From contig CAXXKM010000003.1 of NCBI GenBank assembly GCA_963664435.2, positions 1,376,001-1,440,000 of the forward strand: a stretch of 64,000 bases of DNA, in the 5' to 3' direction. The notes beneath the pieces were generated by a model, which made no database searches, was not told the DNA's origin, and saw nothing but the letters and a program-made list of their open reading frames with translations. How positions within the stretch are numbered: the stretch's first letter is position 1; each line of letters begins with the position of its first letter. The translations under genes were made by a program, and so were the position numbers. Positions 54,003-63,398 of the stretch are shown piece by piece. The DNA is from Longimicrobiales bacterium (GTDB lineage Bacteria; Gemmatimonadota; Gemmatimonadetes; Longimicrobiales; Gaopeijiaceae).

Positions 54003-54476
54003 TCACTGGAGTACGCGGACTTCGAAGACGCGCCAGGCCTCGTCCTCCCGCACGAACCCGACGTAGATACCGTGTTCGGCCAACTGGGAAGTTCCTTCGT
54101 GCACGACGGTCCAGCGGAGCTGAGCGTATCCCTGCAGAGGAGATCCGCCGACTTCGGCGACCCGCTCCAGTCGCGTGGACTCGGTCCGGTGCCCGGCCAG
54201 ATAGTCGCGCAGGACGGCGACCGCCTGGCGTCTCGAAAGCGAAACGTGGTCTTCGCCTCCCACCCGCAGCCGGATGCCGCTGGCCACCAGAACCTGCACG
54301 AAGACGTCGGTGGAACCTCGCTCCCACATGCGCGCCAGATTGGCGGCGGCTCCTTCCAGGGATGCCTGGGACGCCGGGGTCGGCGACGGCCCGGGAGTGG
54401 AGGCACAGAGCACGGCGACCAGCAGGGCGACAACGCCGGTCGAGTTTGCGCGCTTCGCATCCCCGGGCTTCAACAT
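54003..54476 (-). CDS. Hypothetical exported protein (possibly NTF2-like/DUF4783-like)
   Basis: Signal-like N-terminus, SRRQAVAVLRDYL helix and a C-terminal W-R-V-x-E-V-R strand; fills the pyrF-cysS gap. The family is my inference. Confidence 0.65.
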   Translation of the reverse strand: MLKPGDAKRANSTGVVALLVAVLCASTPGPSPTPASQASLEGAAANLARMWERGSTDVFVQVLVASGIRLRVGGEDHVSLSRRQAVAVLRDYLAGHRTESTRLERVAEVGGSPLQGYAQLRWTVVHEGTSQLAEHGIYVGFVREDEAWRVFEVRVLQ

Positions 54477-55174
54477 GAGTCGCGCTCGCCCGAGGCGAGA
54501 TCGCGCTCGACGGCGTCGAGAGCGGCATGGGGATCCGGAGCACCGGTCACCGCCCGCCCGATGACGAGGTAGTCGGCTCCGGCCTCGCGGGCGCGGCGGG
54601 GCGTCGCGACCCGCCGCTGGTCGTGAAGGGACTGCCGGGGCAGGCGAATGCCCGGAGTGACCAGGAGGAGTCCGTCCCCGAAACGGCATCGCAGGGCCTC
54701 GGCCTCCAGCGGAGACGCCACCACGCCATCGAGACCGGCCGCGCTCGCCCCGGCAGCGAGCTGCAGGACATGGTCCTCGGGTGTCATGCGAACGCCATCG
54801 GCACCGCGCGGAAGCGACGACGTCCCCAGGGAGGTAAGCATCGTCACCCCCAGAAGCCGCGTCCCTTCCCCGGCGGCCTCCGCCGCGGCCTCCATCATTC
54901 CGGCTCCTCCCGCCGCGTGCACGGTCAACAGGCGTGCGCCCATTTCCGAGGCGGCGGCAACGGCGCCCGCCACGGTTCGCGGTATGTCGTGCAGTTTGAG
55001 GTCCAGGAACACCTGCTTTTCCCGTTTCCGGAGATGATGGACGACCGTGGGACCTTCGCGTGCGAAGAGTTCCAGCCCGACCTTGTAGAAGTTGACTCGC
55101 CCCGCCAGCAGATCGACCAGTTCGAGCGCGCGGCTGGCCGAGGCGTAGTCCAAGGCAAGGATGATGCCGCTCAC
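54470..55174 (-). CDS. pyrF: Orotidine-5'-phosphate decarboxylase
   Basis: ILALD, KVG, FLDLKLHDIPRTV, VTPGIR and IGRAV motifs. Confidence 0.96.
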   Translation of the reverse strand: MSGIILALDYASASRALELVDLLAGRVNFYKVGLELFAREGPTVVHHLRKREKQVFLDLKLHDIPRTVAGAVAAASEMGARLLTVHAAGGAGMMEAAAEAAGEGTRLLGVTMLTSLGTSSLPRGADGVRMTPEDHVLQLAAGASAAGLDGVVASPLEAEALRCRFGDGLLLVTPGIRLPRQSLHDQRRVATPRRAREAGADYLVIGRAVTGAPDPHAALDAVERDLASGERDSC

Positions 55175-56130
55175 GACGCGCACGCCTCCCGCTTCCCGAA
55201 AGGAACCTGTCCCTCGGGCGCCCGGACCGCGCCCACCAGTTCGGCGACCGCGCCGATCCCCCGCCGGCGGCCGTAGGCACTCAGTCCGTGCACGATGCGC
55301 TCCGCGGCCCGCGGATCGGCGAAGGTGGCAGTACCCACCTGGACCAGTGAAGCACCGGCGAGCAGGTACTGTATGCAATCGCCGTGCCCGCGAACACCTC
55401 CGACTCCGACCAGCGGGGCGCCGACGCGCCGGCTGGCCTGCCAGACGGCGTGCACCCCGACCGGGAGCAGGGCCGGCCCGCTGAGTCCCCCTGCCCCGGC
55501 CCCGAGCCGAGGACGCCGCGTCTCCGGATCGATCACCATTCCGGGCATGGTGTTCACCAGCGTGACTCCGTCGCCGCCGGCGGCCACCGCGGCTTCGGCG
55601 GCCGCGCCGATGTCCGGCGAATTGGGGGCCAGCTTTACCAGAAGCGGCCGGGCGGTCACCCCGCGCACGCGGGCGACCACCGACGCCAGCATTTCGGTGT
55701 CGAGCGCAAAGGGCACGCCGCTCAGCGGGACATTGGGACAGGAAAGATTCAGCTCGAATCCCAGGAATCCCGCCTCCGGATCGAGATGTTCGACGATCTC
55801 GCAGTATTCGTCCACCGCATGTCCCGCCACGCTCACGAAGACCTGTGCGCGCCTCAGCTGCGAGGCAAGCCATGGCAGTTTCTCGGCCTTGACCCGCTCC
55901 ACCCCGGGATTGGCGAGTCCCACGGAGTTGATCATCACGCCACCGCCCTCGCTCACCCTGGGCTTCGGGTTGCCGGCGCGCGGTTCGAGGGTCACGGACT
56001 TGGTGACCAGGCCACCCAGCCGGTCGAGCTCCATCACCCCCGCCAGCTCCCTGGCGAAGCCGCAGGTGCCGGCGGCCAGCAACACCGGGTTCTGGAACCT
56101 CGCCCCGAACAGCTCCTGTTCAAGCTGCAC
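55171..56130 (-). CDS. pyrD: Dihydroorotate dehydrogenase, family 1 catalytic subunit
   Basis: GNPKPR, NSVGLANPG, ELNLSCPN, VKLAPN and GGLSG motifs. Confidence 0.95.
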   Translation of the reverse strand: MQLEQELFGARFQNPVLLAAGTCGFARELAGVMELDRLGGLVTKSVTLEPRAGNPKPRVSEGGGVMINSVGLANPGVERVKAEKLPWLASQLRRAQVFVSVAGHAVDEYCEIVEHLDPEAGFLGFELNLSCPNVPLSGVPFALDTEMLASVVARVRGVTARPLLVKLAPNSPDIGAAAEAAVAAGGDGVTLVNTMPGMVIDPETRRPRLGAGAGGLSGPALLPVGVHAVWQASRRVGAPLVGVGGVRGHGDCIQYLLAGASLVQVGTATFADPRAAERIVHGLSAYGRRRGIGAVAELVGAVRAPEGQVPFGKREACAS

Positions 56131-57850
56131 CGGCCTCGCTCCCCGATGCGGGCCGCACCGGCCCCGGTGATGGTTCCGCCCGGTCCAGCGTGTCCCTGCG
56201 AGGGATCGTGTCCCTTCGTGGCAGGGAGTCGCGCGGGAGGATCGAGTCGGTCGGCGGAACGGTGTCGGGGGCAAAGAACGCGTCGGTCGAGGCCGCGCCC
56301 GGGGCGTTGCGGCGGATCGAGTCCGCCCTCAGCGAGTCGAGCCGCAACGAGTCGAGCCGTAGCGAGTCCAGCAGAAACGAGTCCCCGGCGGCGATTCGCC
56401 GCACCAGGTCTTCGGCGGTCCGGATGCTGTCAAGCGTGCGTGCGGCTTCCCGCACCGCGACGTCCCGGTTGACGGCCTCCGCGGCGATGCGCTGATTCAG
56501 GATCGCCAGAGAGGTGCCGAGCCGGCCCTCCAGCACGGCATATTCGGCCGGCCGCGCCTCCGCCCCCTCCGATGCCTGGACGTAGATGTTGTCGTCCAGC
56601 CGACTCAGGCGGGCCGCAAGCGTTTGCCGCTCATCCTCGTCGCCGGTCAGCTCGAGCGCCGCCATCACGGCCTTGGCTTCCCAGGCGGAGCCGCGATCGC
56701 GGTCGGCATACAGGGTGAAGAACTGTCGGGCCAGGTGCGGCGATCCGAGGCTGTCGCGCGCCAGCTCCGCCCCCGCGAAGAGCGCGAGATGGTCCCCCGT
56801 CGTGGCCGCTCGTTCGACGAACAGCCCGACATGCTCCATGTGTTCGATGAGCCGCAGCGCTTCAGAAAGCGCGATGGCCGGGAGCAGGATCGCCCGGACC
56901 TCCTCGAGCTCCTCGAGACGATCGACGGAGTTCAGCTGCCAGCGGGCGAGGGCGATGCGCGCCTCGCGCGCGATTCTGTCGTCGCCGCGTGCCACTTCCC
57001 CGGCCAATTCCCCGGCTGCCACCGTATCGCCGGCGCGAGCGAGCAGGCGCGCCCGCTCGAGGCGGACCCGGCTGCGCGCGGCGGGCGTCCACCCGCTGCG
57101 TTCGGCCGCGGCGAACATGGCGGCCGCGGGTCCTGCGCCCCAGAGGTTGGAGGCTCGCTCCACGGTGGCGAAAACGGTATCGGCCCAGGCCTCCCCGGAC
57201 GCCTGCTCGAGCACGGTCGCCGCACCCGCGCGCGCGTGGTCGAAGTGGTCGTTGTCGAGCCCGCGCACCAGGCGCTCCAGGGCAACCGCGACGTTCAGCT
57301 CGCGGGAGGCCTCCTCCGACCGGTCCAGGCCCGCCCATCCCTCCTCGGCGCGACCGGCGTCGAACGCGGCCCGGGCCCGCCAGAGATGCCCCTCCGCGCG
57401 AAGCATCGCGTCCGGCACCTCTTCGAGGGCCTCGTCGAGCAGTCGCATGCCGACGTCGCGCCGGCCCGTGGCGAGCGCCACCCCGCCCAGGTACACGCGG
57501 GCCCCCGCGTGCAGGCTGGAGTCGCTCGAAGTCGCCAGCAGGCGCTCCAGCGCCGCCTGCGACCGCGCCCAGTCCCCGCTGTGGAAGTAGGCGCGTCCCA
57601 TGATGTAGAGCGCGTCGTCGGCCCAGCGTCCGGTTTGGTCGGACCGATAGCTGCGCGCTGCCTTGTCGACTGCCTCCCGATACGCGGAAGCAGCCTCGAG
57701 CGGCTGATCCTGAAGGCGGGCGGCCTGGGCATCGTCGAAGGCGCGCCGCGCATTGTAGAGCGAGTTGAAGTAGGCGCAGCCCGCGACCAGACACGCGCAC
57801 AAGACCGCGGCCGCGGCGGCCGGCCCCGGCAGGCGCCGGCGCTCCCTCAC
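56120..57850 (-). CDS. TPR-containing lipoprotein with a D(S/T)x-repeat C-terminal tail
   Basis: Lipobox LVAGC followed by AYFNSLYNA and W.DDALY TPR helices; GTGA overlap with the smpB stop. Confidence 0.8.
   Translation of the reverse strand: MRERRRLPGPAAAAAVLCACLVAGCAYFNSLYNARRAFDDAQAARLQDQPLEAASAYREAVDKAARSYRSDQTGRWADDALYIMGRAYFHSGDWARSQAALERLLATSSDSSLHAGARVYLGGVALATGRRDVGMRLLDEALEEVPDAMLRAEGHLWRARAAFDAGRAEEGWAGLDRSEEASRELNVAVALERLVRGLDNDHFDHARAGAATVLEQASGEAWADTVFATVERASNLWGAGPAAAMFAAAERSGWTPAARSRVRLERARLLARAGDTVAAGELAGEVARGDDRIAREARIALARWQLNSVDRLEELEEVRAILLPAIALSEALRLIEHMEHVGLFVERAATTGDHLALFAGAELARDSLGSPHLARQFFTLYADRDRGSAWEAKAVMAALELTGDEDERQTLAARLSRLDDNIYVQASEGAEARPAEYAVLEGRLGTSLAILNQRIAAEAVNRDVAVREAARTLDSIRTAEDLVRRIAAGDSFLLDSLRLDSLRLDSLRADSIRRNAPGAASTDAFFAPDTVPPTDSILPRDSLPRRDTIPRRDTLDRAEPSPGPVRPASGSEAGAA
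56186..56431 (-). repeat. Coding tandem repeats (LDSLR x3; DSIL/DSLP/DTIP/DTL)
   Basis: Degenerate 15-bp and 15-18-bp repeats encoding LDSLRLDSLRLDSLRADSIR and DTVPPTDSILPRDSLPRRDTIPRRDTL. Confidence 0.8.
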
Positions 57851-58326
57851 CGGCCGCGCCTCATCGCCCGCTGCGCTTCCCGTTCCTGGGTTCGGCGACG
57901 CAGCTTCTCCCTCTTGTCGTAGAGCTTGCGGCCGCGCGCGAGGGCCAGCGTCAGCTTCGCGTACCCCCGGCGCATGTACAGATCCAGGGGAATCAGCGTC
58001 AGCCCTTTCTCCTCGACCCTGCCGATCAGACGCCGGATCTCGGCGCGTCTCAAGAGGAGTTTGCGTGGGCGCTCCGGGTCCGCGTTCCAGTGTGTCGCCG
58101 GCTCGTATGGGCTGATGTACAGGTTGTAGAGCCACACTTCGGTGCCCTCCAGGCGGGCGAAGGCATCCTTGAACCCCACTTTCCCCGCGCGCACGGACTT
58201 CACCTCCGGCCCCTTGAGCACCAGACCCGCTTCGAGCGTCTCGATCACCTCGTATTCGTGCCGGGCCTTTCGGTTGCGGGAGATGACGAGTGGGCCCGCA
58301 GGACCCGCCTTGCCTGGCCGCGCCAT
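57847..58326 (-). CDS. smpB: SsrA-binding protein SmpB
   Basis: NRKARHEY, EAGLVLKGPEVKSVR, RKLLL and GRKLYDKRE motifs. Confidence 0.97.
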   Translation of the reverse strand: MARPGKAGPAGPLVISRNRKARHEYEVIETLEAGLVLKGPEVKSVRAGKVGFKDAFARLEGTEVWLYNLYISPYEPATHWNADPERPRKLLLRRAEIRRLIGRVEEKGLTLIPLDLYMRRGYAKLTLALARGRKLYDKREKLRRRTQEREAQRAMRRGR

Positions 58327-58340
58327 GGTCTCGCGCCGGG

Positions 58341-58991
58341 CTAATAGATCAGGACCGGCGTGCCCACGTCGATCAGGTAGTACAGTTCGCGGGCCGCCTC
58401 GTTGGTCAGGCGAATGCACCCGTGCGAGATGCGCCGCCGCTCCGGATCGGGATCGAGCACCAGCTCGGGCCGGTAGGTGCCGTGAATCGCGATGCCGTCA
58501 CCCAGATAGATCGCCGTGGTGCCGAGGGCGCCCGGGATCGAGCGGGACGGGTGCTGCTGCGGGGGAACCGGAACTCCTCTTTCGACGAAGTGCCAGTCGG
58601 GAGCGATCCAGACCGGGTTCTTTTCCTTGTACCGGACCTTCATGATCCCGCGGGGGGTGGAGAAGTGCCACTTCTGGCCGGCCCCGTTCAGGTTGAACCC
58701 GGTCCCCGTGCCGACGGGCGCCGACCAGATGGCGCGCTCGCCCTCCATGACGAAGAGTCGATTCTCGACCAGGTGAACGACGACGTAGCGTTCATGGGAG
58801 GGAAGAAACGATGTCCCCACGGCCACGTCGCGCGCGAGCATCCGCGAGCGGTCCGTAACCAGCGGGTGGCCGTCGAGCACCTGCCCCCGCGTCCCGGCGG
58901 GCGCGAGAAGACCGATCAGCAGCAGCGCGGCTCGCAGCAATGTTGCCGCGCCGCCCTCAGTCCACCGGTGGCGCCAGCTCGTGCCCGGCAT
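58341..58991 (-). CDS. L,D-transpeptidase (YkuD family); start uncertain
   Basis: STPRG, NPVWIAP and IAIHGT...SHGCIRL catalytic motif; signal-like N-terminus. Confidence 0.9.
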   Translation of the reverse strand: MPGTSWRHRWTEGGAATLLRAALLLIGLLAPAGTRGQVLDGHPLVTDRSRMLARDVAVGTSFLPSHERYVVVHLVENRLFVMEGERAIWSAPVGTGTGFNLNGAGQKWHFSTPRGIMKVRYKEKNPVWIAPDWHFVERGVPVPPQQHPSRSIPGALGTTAIYLGDGIAIHGTYRPELVLDPDPERRRISHGCIRLTNEAARELYYLIDVGTPVLIY

Positions 58992-59418
58992 CGTCATCGT
59001 GTTCCCCGTTGTCCGAGGTTCCGGCGTCGCGGACGACTTGCCGCGCGGCATCACTCGCAGCCCGATAGGCGGCCTTGGAGGTCTCGATCCTGTCCTGCAG
59101 TTCGGTGCGCGCGTCCACCGCCGCGCGGCGACCCGCGTCCACCGCTCCTTTCACCGATTCGATCTGTTCCCGGACCTGTTCGCCGGCGCGCCCCAGCCTC
59201 TCATCGAGGCCTTCCTGGGCCACGCGCACTCGTTCCTGGGCGACGTCCCGGAACTCACGCGCCCGGGCCTTCAGCTGCTCCTGGGTCTCCTTGCCGGACC
59301 GTGGAGCGAAAAGCAGCGCGAGTCCGGCACCGACCACGGCGCCGAGCAGAAAGGCCCCCGTGTTCGAACCGCCGTCGCGCTCGATTACGACCAGCGGTCC
59401 GTCTTCTCCCTGAACCAT
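58957..59418 (-). CDS. YtxH domain-containing protein
   Basis: FLLGAVVGAGLALLFAPRSGKETQEQL signature. Confidence 0.88.
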   Translation of the reverse strand: MVQGEDGPLVVIERDGGSNTGAFLLGAVVGAGLALLFAPRSGKETQEQLKARAREFRDVAQERVRVAQEGLDERLGRAGEQVREQIESVKGAVDAGRRAAVDARTELQDRIETSKAAYRAASDAARQVVRDAGTSDNGEHDDDAGHELAPPVD

Positions 59419-59550
59419 CCCGCCTCTCCCATGCATTAGCCGGCAGCCGCCGCGGGCGGCCGCAGCTGCTCCATCCTGATACAAACTAGGGTTTCCAGAG
59501 GGGGATGCCTACCCTGCGAGCCGGCGCCCCTCCGCGGTCTCCTGATCCTC

Positions 59551-60942
59551 CTACACCTGCCAGGGGTGATTGGCTTCCTCCATGCGGGGAGGGTCGTAGC
59601 CCGACCGCCCCAGCAGGCCGTGCACATACCGTTTGCCCAGCTCCACGCCCGGCTGGGTGAGGGGATCCACGCCGTAGAGGAATCCGGCGTACACCGTCGC
59701 CGCCTGGAAGAGCAGGATGAGTTCGCCCAGCGCCCCGGCGTCGAGCTTCGCCAGCCGGATCGTCAGGTTGGGCCTCTTGCGCGTTCGAAGCGCGGCCGCG
59801 GTCGCGGCGTGCTCGATGGCGATCAGTTGGTGGAGCGTGTGACCCTCGGGGAACTCGAAGGCGGGCAACGGAGCGGGCGCGTCGTCGATCGGGATCGGAT
59901 CGTCGGCCGCGTCCACGGTGAGAAAGCACACCACCTTGTCCGCGGGCCCTTCCATGAAGAGCTGCAGCAGCGAGTGCTGATCGGTTGCCCCCGCTGCCGG
60001 TAGTGGGGTGGGACCGGTGGCCGCGGGCCGGCCGTCGAGCCCCGTGGCCTTGCCGAGCGACTCGCCCCACAGTTGCTGCACCCAGAGGGCGAAGGAGCGG
60101 AGACGGTCGCAGTAGGGCATGAAGACGTGCACCCGCTGCCCGCGCTCGACATCGGCGCGGTGCAGCAGGGTCGCGACCACGCCCGCGGGATTCCGGGTCA
60201 GCTCGCCCGTGCGGCAACGCTCTTCCATGCGGGCCGCGCCCTGAAGCACAGCCGTCACGTCCAGCCCGGCCGCCGCCGCGGGGAACAGACCCACGGCCGA
60301 CAGGACCGAGAAGCGGCCGCCCACGTTGGGCGGGACCGGGAGGGTGGGAATGCCGACCTCCCCGGCCAGTCCGCGGAGCGGCCCTCGCCGCGGATCCGTG
60401 GTGAAGAGGAGGTGCTCCCGCGCCTGGTCCGGGCCCACATCACGGGCAAGGCGCTCCGCAACCACACGATACAGCGCCAGCGTCTCGGTGGTCGAGCCCG
60501 ATTTGCTGACCACGTTGAAGAACGTCCTGCGCATGTCGAGGCGGTTCAGCAGTGCGCAGATCGAGTGCGGATCCACGTTGTCCGCCACGTGAAGTCTCGG
60601 GTGAGGGACGGCGGCGGCGCTGGTCCCACGGGCCCGGTCTCCGGCACCGAGCGCGTCCCGCAGGGCGCGGGTCCCGAGCGCCGACCCGCCGATGCCGAGC
60701 ACCACGACGTCGTCGAAGCGTCCACGCAGCCCGGCGGCGGCGCGACGGATTCGGGCCGCGGCGTCCAGCGCGCGCGGCAGGTCGAAGAAGCCCATGCTCC
60801 CGCCCCGGCGCGCCCGTTGGACATCCTCGTGCGCTTCGCGGAAACGCGAGCCCAGGTCGCCGGCGAGTCGCGCCGGATCGACACCGGCCTCGCCTTCGTC
60901 GATGGCGAGGAGATTCCGGTAGTCGACGGTGACCGCGCTCAT
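59551..60942 (-). CDS. pgi: Glucose-6-phosphate isomerase
   Basis: GIGGSALG, SKSGST.ET, VGGRFSVLS, QLWGESLGK, DQHS and QPGVELGK motifs. Confidence 0.96.
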   Translation of the reverse strand: MSAVTVDYRNLLAIDEGEAGVDPARLAGDLGSRFREAHEDVQRARRGGSMGFFDLPRALDAAARIRRAAAGLRGRFDDVVVLGIGGSALGTRALRDALGAGDRARGTSAAAVPHPRLHVADNVDPHSICALLNRLDMRRTFFNVVSKSGSTTETLALYRVVAERLARDVGPDQAREHLLFTTDPRRGPLRGLAGEVGIPTLPVPPNVGGRFSVLSAVGLFPAAAAGLDVTAVLQGAARMEERCRTGELTRNPAGVVATLLHRADVERGQRVHVFMPYCDRLRSFALWVQQLWGESLGKATGLDGRPAATGPTPLPAAGATDQHSLLQLFMEGPADKVVCFLTVDAADDPIPIDDAPAPLPAFEFPEGHTLHQLIAIEHAATAAALRTRKRPNLTIRLAKLDAGALGELILLFQAATVYAGFLYGVDPLTQPGVELGKRYVHGLLGRSGYDPPRMEEANHPWQV

Positions 60943-61772
60943 GCCCCGGTCGGCGACGACGGAGGCCGCCCAGGTCCCGTGCAGGTGTCTTCCACCTTCA
61001 GGGTGAGGCCGTCGAAGGCGGGGCGGATGTCGTCCGGGAGGCGCCGGCACAGATCGTCGTGCCGCACCCGGTGGGTGAGGTGCGTGAGGTAGGTCCTGCG
61101 GGCCCCGACCGCCCGCGCCGCGGCGACGGCTTCCTCGACGTTGAAATGGGTCGGATGGGGATCGCCGTACCACAGCGCGTTGAGCACCAGCACATCTGCT
61201 CCCCTGAGCCCTTCCAGCGCCGCCCGCGGAAGCCGCTTGGCATCGGTTACATACCCGAGTCCCCCGACGCGGAAACCGTAGGAGCGGATCCCGCCGTGGG
61301 GCACTCCCAGCGGCAGAAAGACATGGTCGAGGATATCCACCGGCCTTCCCTCCCGGAACGTGCAGACGTCCAGTTCCGGGACGTAGACGCCGTCCGAGGG
61401 TCGGGGCCGGGGGTCGAAGATGTACGGAAAACGGCGGCGCAGCTGGCGGGCGACCGAAGGGTGCATCCAGGCGCTGATCCTTCCCCCGTAGAGCGCCGTG
61501 AACACCCGAAGGTCGTCGATGCCATGGATGTGGTCGGCGTGCGCGTGCGTGAACCACACCGCATCCAGGGCGGAGACGCCCTCGCCGAGAAGCTGGAGCC
61601 TGAGTTCCGGGGGCGTGTCGACCAGGAGCCGGCGGTCCCCGAAGCGAAGCAGGGCGCCGTGCCGCGTGCGCTTGTCGCGCGGGTCGCTCGAGGTACAGGT
61701 GTCGCACCGACATCCGATGACCGGCACGCCGTAGGAGGTGCCGGTGCCCAGAAAGGTCAGCGAGAGCGACAT
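60939..61772 (-). CDS. MBL-fold metallo-hydrolase, PhnP-like
   Basis: FLGTGTSYGVPVIGCRCDTC, THAHADHIHGIDDLR and THL.H motifs. Confidence 0.9.
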   Translation of the reverse strand: MSLSLTFLGTGTSYGVPVIGCRCDTCTSSDPRDKRTRHGALLRFGDRRLLVDTPPELRLQLLGEGVSALDAVWFTHAHADHIHGIDDLRVFTALYGGRISAWMHPSVARQLRRRFPYIFDPRPRPSDGVYVPELDVCTFREGRPVDILDHVFLPLGVPHGGIRSYGFRVGGLGYVTDAKRLPRAALEGLRGADVLVLNALWYGDPHPTHFNVEEAVAAARAVGARRTYLTHLTHRVRHDDLCRRLPDDIRPAFDGLTLKVEDTCTGPGRPPSSPTGA

Positions 61773-61780
61773 CGAGCCAG

Positions 61781-63199
61781 CTAGAGTTGTTCCACGCGCA
61801 TGGTGTTGGTCGACCCCCTCTCGTGGAAGGGAAATCCGGCGGTCACCACGACCGAGTCGCCAGGCTTTCCGACCCCCGCACGCACGACCGCCTCCTTTCC
61901 GTAGGCGGACAGGGCCGAGTAGTTCACCGGCATGTCGGCCGCCAGTGTCGGCCACACGCCCCAGACGGGCGCGAGCTGGCGGAAGGTCCGCGGCTCGGTG
62001 CACACCGCGAAGATCGGGACGGGCGGACGGTACGACGAAACCAGGCGCGCGGAGAAGCCGCTGCTGGTGATCACCAGCACCGCGGGCGAACCCAGCTGGC
62101 GGACGGCGTCCACGGTGCACGAGGCCACCGCGTGTTCGCGCCGGCTCGCGCCCCCGCGCCGCCATTCGTCGGGACGGGCCAGGTAGCGGGGACCTCGAGC
62201 CAGCACGCCGGAGCCTTCGATCTCGCGGATGATGCGCACCATCGCCTGCGCGGCGTGCAGCGGGTACTCCCCGACGGCGGTTTCCCCGGAGAGCATCACG
62301 GCATCGGTGCCGTCGAGGACCGCGTTGGCGACATCGGAGGCTTCGGCTCGCGTCGGGCGAGGGCTCTGGATCATCGAATCGAGCATCTGGGTCGCGATGA
62401 TGACCGGGCGGCCCGAGTAATTCGCCAGCTGGACGATGCGCTTCTGCGCCAGCGGCACCTGCTCGAAGGGAACCTCCACGCCGAGGTCGCCCCGAGCGAC
62501 CATGACCGCGTCGGTCGCATTCACGATCTCCTCGATCGACGCCAGGGCGCGCACCAGTTCGATCTTCGCCACCACGAGAGCGCGGCCCGCGACCCGCTCC
62601 TTCAATTCCTCGATGTCCGCGCTTCGTCGGACGAACGAAAGGCCCACGTATTCGACGCCGACCTCCAGGGCGAAGTCGAGGTCTTCCAGATCCCGCTCGG
62701 TGAGCGAGGGAGTGCTGAGGTTGGCGCCGGGCACGTTCATGCCCTTGAAGCTCTTCAGCTGACCGCCGCACTCCACGACGAAGCGCGCCTTGCCCCCGCC
62801 CTTGCCCACGCAGCGCAACTCGATCAGGCCATCGTCGAGGAGGACGCGGTCGCCGATCACAACGTCGTCCGCAAGGTGCCCGTAGGTCGTCGGGATTTCC
62901 CCGGCGAGAACCGCCTCCTCCGGGGCGATCACCACCTCCTGGTCCTCTGCCAGAAAGAGGGGCGAGTCCAGTTTGCCCACGCGTATCTTGGGGCCGCCCA
63001 GGTCCGCGAGAATCGCAACCGGCGTGCCCGCTTCCCTGGCCGCGCGTCGAATCAGGGCTACGGTCTCCAGATGATCCTCACGGAGGCCGTGGGACATGTT
63101 CAGGCGCGCCATCGTCATTCCTGAATCGACCAGATGGCGAACCATCTCGGGCGAGAACGTGGCCGGGCCCATCGTACACACCAACTTGGTTCTCAGCAT
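61781..63199 (-). CDS. pyk: Pyruvate kinase
   Basis: TKLVCTMGPA, RLNMSHG, DLGGPKIR, MVARGDLG, PTRAE and MLSGETA motifs. Confidence 0.97.
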   Translation of the reverse strand: MLRTKLVCTMGPATFSPEMVRHLVDSGMTMARLNMSHGLREDHLETVALIRRAAREAGTPVAILADLGGPKIRVGKLDSPLFLAEDQEVVIAPEEAVLAGEIPTTYGHLADDVVIGDRVLLDDGLIELRCVGKGGGKARFVVECGGQLKSFKGMNVPGANLSTPSLTERDLEDLDFALEVGVEYVGLSFVRRSADIEELKERVAGRALVVAKIELVRALASIEEIVNATDAVMVARGDLGVEVPFEQVPLAQKRIVQLANYSGRPVIIATQMLDSMIQSPRPTRAEASDVANAVLDGTDAVMLSGETAVGEYPLHAAQAMVRIIREIEGSGVLARGPRYLARPDEWRRGGASRREHAVASCTVDAVRQLGSPAVLVITSSGFSARLVSSYRPPVPIFAVCTEPRTFRQLAPVWGVWPTLAADMPVNYSALSAYGKEAVVRAGVGKPGDSVVVTAGFPFHERGSTNTMRVEQL

Positions 63200-63398
63200 C
63201 GCCTTTCTTCCCACTCCCCCGTTGAAGCGCCGGTGTCCCGGCCCCCGCGGTCCGTGTTCGATGTACGGAGCGCCGTTATTCTAGTCTGGTTTGGCCGAAA
63301 TCACAGCGACCTGCCGTTCCGCGCGCGCCGCGGAACGCCCGAGGCCTCAGGGGCGGCACTCTCGCGCGGGACGGCGAGATGGCCCACCTTTCGCGCCC

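Noticed and set aside
53999..54460. 153-aa minus-strand ORF in an alternative frame
   Set aside because: The overlapping frame 54003-54476 has a signal peptide, more protein-like composition and coupling to pyrF.
56186..56431. Tandem repeats as a CRISPR array or mobile-element repeats
   Set aside because: The units are 15-18 bp, in frame, degenerate at codon third positions, and have no spacers or cas genes.
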